Part shown: one piece after another, positions 1 through 7,524 of the stretch
How the letters are laid out: each line of letters begins with the position of its first letter
How positions within the stretch are numbered: the stretch's first letter is position 1
Source: Clostridia bacterium
GTDB lineage: Bacteria; Bacillota; Clostridia; TANB77; CAG-465
NCBI GenBank assembly: GCA_045637095.1
Contig: JAZTYX010000045.1
Span: 1 to 59,603 of the forward strand
DNA length: 59,603 nucleotides
Direction: 5' to 3'
Program-made: the position numbers and the translations under genes
The notes under the pieces: generated by a model
The model's database searches: none
The model's input: only the letters and a program-made list of their open reading frames with translations
Told to the model about the DNA's origin: nothing

Positions 1-1
1 C

Positions 2-1006
2 AATATTGAACAAGGGTTTAATGCGTTCTATAAGCAAGAACCAGTTAAAATAGAAGTTGAATTTGATTCGGTATATTTTAAACTATACATAAAAACATCA
101 GAAAAAACGATGAATTTATCTGAAAGAAGTAATGGCTTAAGATGGTATTTAAATCTTTATGTGGATATATTATCACAGAATTATAAAAGCAAACATAGTG
201 TATTTTTATTAGATGAACCAGGCGTGTATTTACATGTTAATGCGCAAAAAAAAGTATTGGAATTATTTGCAGATTTAGCTGGGAAAGGAAATCAAGTTAT
301 ATATACAACACATTCTCCATATATGTTAAATACAGAAGATGTTATTAATATTAGAGCGGTACAAAAGGATAATGAGGAGATTACCAATATATACAATAAT
401 GTTTATGATTCGCAATTAGCAGGAGAATCAAAAATGGACACATTGACACCATTTTTGAAATCGTTAGGAATGAACTTTACCTTTAATTTTAAGGATAAAA
501 TGTTGAATAATAATATAATAACAGAAGGAATAACAGATTATTTCTATATAAAAGCAATGTTAAAGTATATGAATATAGATTCAAGGGAGGATATATCTAT
601 AATACCATCTGTAGGGGTTGATAATATCGATAAAATTGCTTCAATACTATTGGGGTGGGGGCTTAAATTTAAAGTTGTGGTAGATTATGACAAACAGGGA
701 AACGATGAATATAAGAGGTTACTAAGCAAATTAAATTTAATCCCAGATGAGCAAGTATGTTTTGTGAACTGTAAAACACAAATAGAAAAAATAGAAGAAA
801 AAGATTATGAAACAATCGAGTGTTTGGTAAGTAAAGAAGATTATGAATTATTGGAGAACCCATATATTCCAGATATAGAAGGCACCAAAATATTAGCGGC
901 GAAAGAATTTTATGATAAAGTTTCTAAAGGGAATATAGAATTGTCTGAAGATACGATAAGAAAATTCACTCAGTTGTTTGTAAAGTTAGGATTAATAGAA
1001 AAGTAG
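2..1006 (+). CDS. OLD-family ATP-dependent endonuclease, C-terminal ~334 aa (5' end outside window)
   Basis: The frame of ORF 110..1006 stays open back to base 2 (NIEQGFNAFYKQEP...), so the gene is cut by the window edge. ABC-like ATPase C-half motifs: SNGLRWYLNL, Walker B VFLLDEPGVYLH, H-loop IYTTHSPYM. Toprim motifs follow: ITEGITDYFYIK (Glu) and VVVDYDKQG (DxD). Confidence 0.7.
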   Translation, partial: NIEQGFNAFYKQEPVKIEVEFDSVYFKLYIKTSEKTMNLSERSNGLRWYLNLYVDILSQNYKSKHSVFLLDEPGVYLHVNAQKKVLELFADLAGKGNQVIYTTHSPYMLNTEDVINIRAVQKDNEEITNIYNNVYDSQLAGESKMDTLTPFLKSLGMNFTFNFKDKMLNNNIITEGITDYFYIKAMLKYMNIDSREDISIIPSVGVDNIDKIASILLGWGLKFKVVVDYDKQGNDEYKRLLSKLNLIPDEQVCFVNCKTQIEKIEEKDYETIECLVSKEDYELLENPYIPDIEGTKILAAKEFYDKVSKGNIELSEDTIRKFTQLFVKLGLIEK

Positions 1007-1033
1007 TATGAAATAATACTTTTTTTACACATA

Positions 1034-1094
1034 AAAGTATCTTTTTTAGATACTTTATGGTATAATATTAATGCAAGGTATCTAAAATAGATAC
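1034..1094 (+). promoter_or_regulatory. Two palindromes sharing the half-site GTATCT/AGATAC, flanking an extended -10 (TGgTATAAT, 1058-1066); candidate operators for the HTH-Fic gene
   Basis: IR1 aaagtatct-ttttt-agatacttt (1034-1056). IR2 gtatcta-aaa-tagatac (1078-1094). TATAAT lies at 1061-1066 between them, and the downstream gene begins with an XRE-type HTH. IR1 could also be a weak terminator for the OLD gene. Confidence 0.35.
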
Positions 1095-1108
1095 TTAAGG
1101 AGAAATAT

Positions 1109-2044
1109 ATGAGCATTGGAAATAGAATAAAAGAATATAGAGAAAAGCTAGGTATGACACAAAAAGAAGTAGCAGAAATACTAGGTGTAGAAGCAAAAGC
1201 AGTGTCTAAATATGAATTGGGTTTAGCAGAACCTAATATAGAGTCACTAAGAAGACTAGCAGATACATTTAAGATAACTGTAGATGAGTTAATAGCAGAA
1301 GAAAAGAAACTAGACATATCTAATGTAAACGTATTAGAAGTACTAAGAGAACAAAAAGAAATGAAACTAAAAGGTAATTTGTATTACAGAACTCAAATAA
1401 TGTTTGCGTATAATACAAATCATATTGAGGGAAGTAGATTAACAGAAGACCAAACAAGGCATATTTATGAAACTAATACTATTTTGTTTGAAGCTAACAC
1501 TGTAGCAAGTGTAGATGATATATTAGAGACAGTAAATCACTTCAAACTAGTAGACTATATGTTAGATATTGCAGATGAGGTGTTAACGGAAGAAAGCATT
1601 AAAAGGTTCCATAAAATATTAAAAGAAGGAACTATGGATAGTGCTAAATCTTGGTTTAATGTTGGAGATTATAAAAGTCTAGCTAACTCTGCAGGAGAAT
1701 TAGCTACTACAGCACCTAAGAATGTAGAAAAGGACATGAAGAAATTATTAGAATGGTATAACTCGTTAGAAAAAGTAGAAGCTAAAGATATTATAGAGTT
1801 TCATGCTAAATTTGAAAAGATACATCCATTCCAAGATGGTAACGGAAGAATAGGAAGAATAATAATGTTTAAGGAATGCTTAAAGAATAATATAATACCA
1901 TTTATTATATTAGATAAAGATAAACTTTTCTATTATAGAGGATTAAAAGAATACCAATTTGGAAGAGAAAAAGGATATTTAATAGATACTTGTTTAAACG
2001 CACAAGATCAATATATTAAATTAATTGAACTTTGCTTAGGCTAA
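1109..2044 (+). CDS. Fic-family protein with N-terminal XRE-type HTH (class II-like, internal inhibitory motif)
   Basis: N-terminal HTH MTQKEVAEILGVEAKAVSKYELG. Canonical Fic motif HPFQDGNGRIGR. (S/T)xxxE(G/N) inhibitory-helix motif TNHIEG upstream of the core. RBS aaggaga 7 nt before the ATG. Confidence 0.85.
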   Translation: MSIGNRIKEYREKLGMTQKEVAEILGVEAKAVSKYELGLAEPNIESLRRLADTFKITVDELIAEEKKLDISNVNVLEVLREQKEMKLKGNLYYRTQIMFAYNTNHIEGSRLTEDQTRHIYETNTILFEANTVASVDDILETVNHFKLVDYMLDIADEVLTEESIKRFHKILKEGTMDSAKSWFNVGDYKSLANSAGELATTAPKNVEKDMKKLLEWYNSLEKVEAKDIIEFHAKFEKIHPFQDGNGRIGRIIMFKECLKNNIIPFIILDKDKLFYYRGLKEYQFGREKGYLIDTCLNAQDQYIKLIELCLG

Positions 2045-2119
2045 ACTTTAGACTTGCACACTGAAAAAATAACATATTTTCAGTGTGTGTGTAAAATAAA
2101 TAAAAATGCATAAACACAA

Positions 2120-2147
2120 ACACCCAAGAATTAATCTTGGGTGTTTT
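2120..2147. terminator. Stem-loop acacccaaga/tcttgggtgt between convergent genes (a second hairpin lies at 2057-2087)
   Basis: 10-bp perfect stem followed by TTTT on the + strand. It sits between the Fic stop (2044) and the minus-strand methyltransferase stop (2180). Confidence 0.5.
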
Positions 2148-2179
2148 GTGGATAGTGTGGATACTTTCCACCCTTTTGC

Positions 2180-2980
2180 TTACTTTTTGGAAATAAGCAG
2201 AATTTCGCTTTCAGCATCAACAACATCTACCTGTGTGCAGCCATGAAGAAGCATAGACTCTTTCATCCAACCTAAGTTTAATGCTGTCTCACTCTCGTTG
2301 CAAGCATTGTTCTCGGGGTTGTATACGCCCTTTATAGGGGTGTAATTGCCGTTAGATACATCAATGTACCCGTTAGAGATAGAGAAGAGAATTACGCCTC
2401 CTGGCTTCACAGAACGGTATGCTTTTTCTGCAATGAAGTCCAGGTTGTTTCCAGCACAGTATGCAGCACGAAGGCTAATGAAAATATCATATTTACCTTC
2501 TTTAAGCTCTACCTCATCCATAGAAGCACAATGGAAGTCCATATGCGGGAAGAGCTCTTTACCTTTCTTGCAGGCATCTTCGGAAATCTCTACAACATCA
2601 AAAGACATTGTGTTAAAATACTTCTCGAAAATTATAGCAAGCTCAGAGCCGTTGTTTGCTCCAACAGCAAGAACCTTCTTTCCATCAAGAGGACCTAAGA
2701 GATGCACAATCTCATTTAAGATAATGCTGTTCCAGTTAGGGCAAACAGACCGGTAGTCTGTGGCATACTCGTATGCACCATACTTTTTGTTGAATGCATA
2801 AGACCTGGCATCTTTTGCAACTTCCAGAAACTGTTTATGGCTTTCAACAGGAATGCTTTTAAGCCAGTTTTCTACTGCTACATCCCAGTAAAGGGAAGAA
2901 TCAAAGGTAAGATTGAAACCATGCGCTTTAAAGTATTCTTCAATGAGCGATTTAATACTTGCTTCGTACCAGTTGTTCAT
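2180..2980 (-). CDS. Class I SAM-dependent methyltransferase (substrate unknown), non-host codon usage
   Basis: Motif I-like KKVLAVGANNGSE and post-I acidic residue (FDVVEIS). C/G-ending codons, unlike neighbouring host genes. Confidence 0.6.
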   Translation of the reverse strand: MNNWYEASIKSLIEEYFKAHGFNLTFDSSLYWDVAVENWLKSIPVESHKQFLEVAKDARSYAFNKKYGAYEYATDYRSVCPNWNSIILNEIVHLLGPLDGKKVLAVGANNGSELAIIFEKYFNTMSFDVVEISEDACKKGKELFPHMDFHCASMDEVELKEGKYDIFISLRAAYCAGNNLDFIAEKAYRSVKPGGVILFSISNGYIDVSNGNYTPIKGVYNPENNACNESETALNLGWMKESMLLHGCTQVDVVDAESEILLISKK

Positions 2981-3161
2981 AAGCTATCTCCTTTATAATT
3001 ATTTTGGAATATTTAGACCAATATATATTAACAACACAAATATTATAGCAAAAAACAGGAGAAAAGTAAACATAAAACGGTAGGAGAGTAGTTATTTAAC
3101 ACATTTACTTGCAAAAGGAATATAAAAATATTAAAATAATAGTAGTCTAGGAGGTAAAAAT

Positions 3162-3614
3162 ATGGATAAAATATTTAGCTTTATAGTAAACAGAAAAACA
3201 AATAAACTACTACTTTTATTAGGTAGCCCAGAAGATCCACAATTCCATAAATCTTTTTGGTATGTAGTAACAGGTGGTAAGGAAGATACAGATACAAATC
3301 TAGAACAAGCAGTAGTAAGAGAAATAAAAGAAGAAACAAATTTAGATGCGGTAGAAACACTTTATCTAAATTGGATATTTAAATACAAATCACTTGGAAA
3401 CATTTGCACAGAATATGTCTATGTTTCATTTATAGACGAGGATAGTAACATCGTATTAAATGAAGAAAGCATAGATTACAAATGGTGCGATGTAGATGAA
3501 TTTATAGAACTTATAGAATGGTCAGATGACAAAGAGTTCTTAAGAGAAGTTGTAAAAGCAGCATTAAACAAAGAAGTGTACATTAAAGAAGAAAAAGTAG
3601 ACCAATACTTTTAA
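3162..3614 (+). CDS. NUDIX hydrolase
   Basis: Nudix box GGKEDTDTNLEQAVVREIKEETNL (GX5EX7REUXEEXGU pattern). RBS aggagg 7 nt upstream. Host-like AT-rich codons. Confidence 0.8.
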   Translation: MDKIFSFIVNRKTNKLLLLLGSPEDPQFHKSFWYVVTGGKEDTDTNLEQAVVREIKEETNLDAVETLYLNWIFKYKSLGNICTEYVYVSFIDEDSNIVLNEESIDYKWCDVDEFIELIEWSDDKEFLREVVKAALNKEVYIKEEKVDQYF

Positions 3615-3649
3615 TATAACAAAAATATAAATATAACAAAGTAAAAGAA

Positions 3650-3677
3650 GAAGGAGCACACAGTAGTGTACTCCTTC
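3650..3677. terminator. Hairpin gaaggagcacac/gtgtactccttc between convergent NUDIX and operon end
   Basis: 12-bp stem with one mismatch, loop agta, T-rich tract downstream on the + strand. Confidence 0.5.
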
Positions 3678-3725
3678 TATTTATTTTGCTTGTTTTTGGT
3701 ATATTGGTATTTGCAAAGCATAGCG

Positions 3726-4448
3726 TTACTTCTTAATCAAGAAATAAAACTGCGTATGCTTCACATCGTTAACCGGAGCAGCCGAAACATCGATGAGTTC
3801 ATAGCTGTATCCGAGGTTTGTAAGAATGGTTGCAATCTCGTTGATAGAGAAAAGCCTAATCTTGTGGTAATCCATATATTCGAAGTCTTCGCCGGTAAGC
3901 TTGTTATGAACCTCGAACTTAGGCTCCCATACAGAGTAAACTTCATCCACTCTGTTGGACACCCAGGATTCCCTTACGATAATACTATCGTTTTCATAGG
4001 TCTTATCCTTGACATAACCATCAATCCACTTGTCTATACAGTATCTTACATCGAAGATAACGTAGTCATTCGCATGCTCCAAGAGGTTCTTGATAGAACG
4101 CTCAAGGTCTTCAAGGGTAAGATTATACTGCAGTGCACTTCCAAGACAAGAGACAACGCTGAACTTTCTGTCAAGTGCAAAGTTTCTCATATCTCCGTGC
4201 ATGAAGTTGATGTGCGGATTTTTCGCTCTGGCGATATCAAGCATGCCTTTAGAGTAGTCCAAACCAAAGATGTTGTAGCTTTCAGGTGAGAAAAAGTGAA
4301 TGTGTTCACCAGTTCCACAGCCAACATCAAGGAGAGACTTATCTTTAGATTTGTCTACCAGAAGCTTTAAGAGTTCGTATTCCCGATCATAGGGAATGCC
4401 GGCGTTTATAAGGTCGTAGATTTCAGCAAGCTGTTCATACATAATCAT
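3726..4448 (-). CDS. Class I SAM-dependent methyltransferase resembling TylM1/DesVI-type (sugar/amine N-methyl) enzymes
   Basis: LLDVGCGTGEH motif I. GDMRNFALDRKFSVVSCLGSALQY closely parallels the TylM1-family block GDMRDF.LGRKFSAV. Last gene of the 8229->3726 operon, with its ATG 1 nt after the upstream stop. Confidence 0.7.
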   Translation of the reverse strand: MIMYEQLAEIYDLINAGIPYDREYELLKLLVDKSKDKSLLDVGCGTGEHIHFFSPESYNIFGLDYSKGMLDIARAKNPHINFMHGDMRNFALDRKFSVVSCLGSALQYNLTLEDLERSIKNLLEHANDYVIFDVRYCIDKWIDGYVKDKTYENDSIIVRESWVSNRVDEVYSVWEPKFEVHNKLTGEDFEYMDYHKIRLFSINEIATILTNLGYSYELIDVSAAPVNDVKHTQFYFLIKK

Positions 4449-4449
4449 C

Positions 4450-5022
4450 TTACTTTTCCTCCTTTATTTTGTTAATGCATTCTAAAAGAGTTTCATCGCT
4501 GTTAAAATACATCACAGTTACATCGGATTCGAGTTCGGCGTTAAGATGAGAGCTTACAACTCTTTCATCAATAAGGACGTAAACCGTCTTATGACTCCAA
4601 AGCCTATGAACCTTGGTATGGGCAATCTCGGTGAATACACCGGCAGAGAGACCAAGGCAAAGCATAACATCAAAGTTCTTGCTTGGCTGAGTGTTCATCT
4701 CTGCCCAACCACCGTTAATTTCTACTGCTTCATCGCAGAAAGAAAGATTACCAGTAATTGTAGGTGTATTTCCGTACTTGGGATAAAATCCCTTGATCTT
4801 GGTAGTTCTATTAGGAATAGAGTGAAGTGCTTTGGCAACATCCAAAGGAACTCCGATATCCGGAAGTACACCGATAGCTTCAAAGTGAGTGTTTAAGAAT
4901 CGTGCTATGCTATTGATATACTTAGGATAATCAGCTTCGGTGATGTGACCAAACGTGTAAAGGTTCTTAATGCCATTGTTGCTAGGCCCGGCAATAAAGG
5001 CCGTAAGTTTAGTGTTGTTCAT
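4450..5022 (-). CDS. SLOG/LOG-like Rossmann protein (TIGR00725-like); start trimmed to MNNTKL
   Basis: RBS aaggaga 6 nt upstream of the ATG at 5022, so the longer ORF to 5076 is unlikely. AFIAGPS N-terminal strand and GLSAGVFTEIA resemble the LOG PGGxGTxxE region. Overlaps the upstream gene by 14 nt. Confidence 0.45.
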   Translation of the reverse strand: MNNTKLTAFIAGPSNNGIKNLYTFGHITEADYPKYINSIARFLNTHFEAIGVLPDIGVPLDVAKALHSIPNRTTKIKGFYPKYGNTPTITGNLSFCDEAVEINGGWAEMNTQPSKNFDVMLCLGLSAGVFTEIAHTKVHRLWSHKTVYVLIDERVVSSHLNAELESDVTVMYFNSDETLLECINKIKEEK

Positions 5023-6094
5023 AACGCATCTCCTTGTAACTATTATATGCCCCAGGAAACGAGTTTGCAAACACAATTTCGCCGTGGAGTTTCATTATGG
5101 CTTTACCATATTCATAAAGAATAGGGTTGATGTGGAGAGATTCGTTCCACTCGCCATACTTAAGGTAGCAAGAAGACAGATACTTCTTGTTGAATTTGCT
5201 GTAGGTAATCTCCTTGCAGTGCCCGTGAACAATTACATCTACGTTCTTAAACTCGCTAAAGAGTTCATAAACGAGAGGAAATTCAGAGGTAGGGCACTTG
5301 GTACCGCACCAGTGTACAACACGGTTATCTACCTTAACGACAAGGACAATGTCCTCTTTGTTAAGAGCACCGACCTGCGCGCCAGTAGCAGTAACCAAGT
5401 AGCCCTCGGGGATGCGCTTAGCAAGAAAACCAGCAACATTGGAAAGATACCCATCATCACAAAGTTTCTTGCCGTTTTCAGCAAACTCGTTAAAGTATGC
5501 TTCAAGGATACTTTCAGGAATAGGTCCATCGCAGACGTTCTCATACTTAATCTTGGTGTAGCAGTGGAGAATAGAATCTACGATTTTTTCGTAAGGAGCC
5601 ATGGTGGTCTTTACGAGATTTCCTTCATCGTCATAGATATACTCAGGGAAAATAACCTGAACATTTTTCTGACTCTGAAGGATACGAAGACTTTCCTGCA
5701 GCGCGAAGTTGTTCCAAAGGGAAGCATCCATAGCCGGTGCAATAATGCACTTAACACCCTTGCCAAGAGCGTTATGGATAACAGACAAAGGATAATTATC
5801 TGCAATGCCACGAGCAATCTTGTTCATGGTGTTAAAGGTGCACGGTGCAACTACCACGATGTCCTCTTCGGGAACAATGAGGTTGTTGGACTTAGAGAAA
5901 TCACATTTAATGTGATACTTGAGACTCAAAGCCTCATAGTTGGGCAGTAAATCCCGACCCATTTCAGTGGGCAGAATCCAAATGTTAGGATTATATGAAC
6001 TGAGCTGCTCAAGAAACAAGTCGAAATACTTAGTCTTGTGTGCTCCGGTAGGAACAAGGTAAAGAACTTTTCCGTCCAAAAAGTTGTTTTTCAT
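5009..6094 (-). CDS. Fusion protein: HFCD-type flavoprotein (CoaC/EpiD-like) N-domain + class II aldolase/adducin C-domain
   Basis: N-half: VVVAPCTFNTMNKIARGIADNYPLSVI...IIAPAMDASLWNN, like the CoaC/EpiD block APATANTLAK.A.GIADNLL...APAMN..MW. C-half: SNVAGFLAKRIPEGYLVTATGAQVGALNKEDIVLV, PTSEFPLVYELF and VIVHGHC (HxH), like class II aldolase signatures. Confidence 0.6.
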   Translation of the reverse strand: MKNNFLDGKVLYLVPTGAHKTKYFDLFLEQLSSYNPNIWILPTEMGRDLLPNYEALSLKYHIKCDFSKSNNLIVPEEDIVVVAPCTFNTMNKIARGIADNYPLSVIHNALGKGVKCIIAPAMDASLWNNFALQESLRILQSQKNVQVIFPEYIYDDEGNLVKTTMAPYEKIVDSILHCYTKIKYENVCDGPIPESILEAYFNEFAENGKKLCDDGYLSNVAGFLAKRIPEGYLVTATGAQVGALNKEDIVLVVKVDNRVVHWCGTKCPTSEFPLVYELFSEFKNVDVIVHGHCKEITYSKFNKKYLSSCYLKYGEWNESLHINPILYEYGKAIMKLHGEIVFANSFPGAYNSYKEMRYEQH

Positions 6095-6120
6095 AATAAT
6101 CCTCCTTCTCTTAATAGAGA

Positions 6121-6585
6121 TTAGAAGTAAAATTGCCTATTGATTTCGTATGCGATCGCGGCTGTTACAACCGGAAGGGTCAGGAAATCTACCGAGGTAT
6201 TCATAGGCAGTTTTACCAGGTCGTCAAGCAGAGACTGCTTGTAGGTGGTTAAGCCAGATGATTCATTGCCAAAGACGATGACAATATTGCCGTTAGAGCA
6301 ATCAAGCTCATAGAAAGACTTGGTTGCAGCGCCAGAGGTACCAACAAGGATATTGCCTTCAGCACGAAGTGTGTTAACAGCTTCTTCGAAGGTTTCAAAA
6401 TGGGTAACCTTGGGGTAAGACGTGATGTTCCAAGAACGAATCTTGTCTACGATCTTCTTGTTATCGAAGGGAATGGAATTTCCCGCAGTGTAGATCTCAC
6501 AGTCAAGAGCCGATGCAATCTGGATTACGTGTGCGATGTCATAAGGCGACCGAATGGCGTCATAGAGTAACTTAATCTTTTTCAT
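6121..6585 (-). CDS. SPOUT (SpoU/TrmH/TrmL-like) RNA 2'-O-methyltransferase-like protein
   Basis: 154 aa. IVIVFGNESSGL and LPMNTSVDFLTLPVVTAAIAYEI match the SpoU knot motifs. RBS aaggagat upstream. Confidence 0.65.
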   Translation of the reverse strand: MKKIKLLYDAIRSPYDIAHVIQIASALDCEIYTAGNSIPFDNKKIVDKIRSWNITSYPKVTHFETFEEAVNTLRAEGNILVGTSGAATKSFYELDCSNGNIVIVFGNESSGLTTYKQSLLDDLVKLPMNTSVDFLTLPVVTAAIAYEINRQFYF

Positions 6586-6599
6586 AATGCTATATCTCC

Positions 6600-7523
6600 T
6601 TAAATTTTTTTATTAATGAAATAAATTGCCGTTTTGCCGTTTGCTGTTGCGTTGGATACCTGCTTAGGAAGAAGCTGGTTAATGTCGCCGATAGCATATA
6701 CATTAGGAATGCTAGATTCCATGGTAAGCGGATCGACTACAATTCTACCAAGAGAGTCGGTAGCAATCTCAAGACCGTTAAGATACTTAAGATTAGGCTT
6801 CATTCCAATAGAACAAAACAGATAATCGCAAGGGATAGTGAGCGACTGGTTACCAACAACCATATCAACAGATTCGAGTTTGTCCTCGCCGTTAATTCGG
6901 TATACAGTAGCGCTCGTGATAGCCTTAACGCGAGTTTTAGCAAGTCTTTCAAGATACTTGCGTGTTGCGTTAAGAGTAGAATCGCGTTCTATCAAAGTAA
7001 CATTTGCGTTAGTGTTGTTCGCAAGGAAAATTGCGGTGGTTGCGCCTGAATTTCTTCCACCTAAAACTACAACATTCTTGCCGGTGTAATCCAAATCTTC
7101 CTTACATACGAAGTTAAAGATATACTTGCCGAAGAACCTGTCATAGTTTTCAATGTAGAGCTTTTTAGGAGTAGTTCCAGATGCAATTACAAGAAATCTT
7201 GCAATATACGTAGAACCATCATCGCAAGAGATAACAAAGTTATCTTCATGTTTCTTAACAGCTTCTACCTTTTTAGGGGTGATTCTGATTCCTTTGGAAT
7301 CAAGATGTTTCTTGAAGCTTTCAACAAGCTCCGTGCCAGTGGTGTTATATGCACCCAGATAACCGTCGACGGTATAGTGCTGGTTAATAGAATACTCAGC
7401 ATACCATCCGGACTTGTTGTTCTCAAAGAGAACGAAGTTTAACCGGTTGTTTTCTGCATCAATTGCAGCTGCCATACCAGCAGGACCGGCACCGATGATT
7501 GCGACATCAATGAAGTTTGTCAT
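6600..7523 (-). CDS. Thioredoxin-reductase-like FAD/NAD(P)-dependent oxidoreductase lacking the redox CxxC
   Basis: VAIIGAGPAGMAAA (FAD GxGxxG), VVVLGGRNSGATTA (NAD(P)H), C-terminal YAIGD. At the TrxB CATC position the sequence is NFVCKEDLDY (single Cys). Confidence 0.75.
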   Translation of the reverse strand: MTNFIDVAIIGAGPAGMAAAIDAENNRLNFVLFENNKSGWYAEYSINQHYTVDGYLGAYNTTGTELVESFKKHLDSKGIRITPKKVEAVKKHEDNFVISCDDGSTYIARFLVIASGTTPKKLYIENYDRFFGKYIFNFVCKEDLDYTGKNVVVLGGRNSGATTAIFLANNTNANVTLIERDSTLNATRKYLERLAKTRVKAITSATVYRINGEDKLESVDMVVGNQSLTIPCDYLFCSIGMKPNLKYLNGLEIATDSLGRIVVDPLTMESSIPNVYAIGDINQLLPKQVSNATANGKTAIYFINKKI

Positions 7524-7524
7524 A

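Noticed and set aside
4450-5076. N-terminal extensions in the ORF track (4450-5076, 26798-27379, 30597-, 35619-36260, 50787-, 52385-, 57304-, 23652-, 34916-, 48453-, 45961-)
   Set aside because: In each case an internal ATG, GTG or TTG is preceded by a well-spaced GGAGG-type RBS. The extension either overlaps the upstream gene or a terminator or encodes an implausible peptide, so the starts were trimmed instead.
4970-5950. 326-aa plus-strand ORF, with others such as 2346-2756, 3666-4289, 31637-32317, 57465-58130 and 8802-9269
   Set aside because: Each lies antisense to or embedded in a CDS with strong motif support (HFCD-aldolase, MTases, metG, ftsH, PAP2). Their translations are low-complexity or Ser/Leu/Ile-rich with no RBS or motifs. 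They look like typical shadow ORFs.
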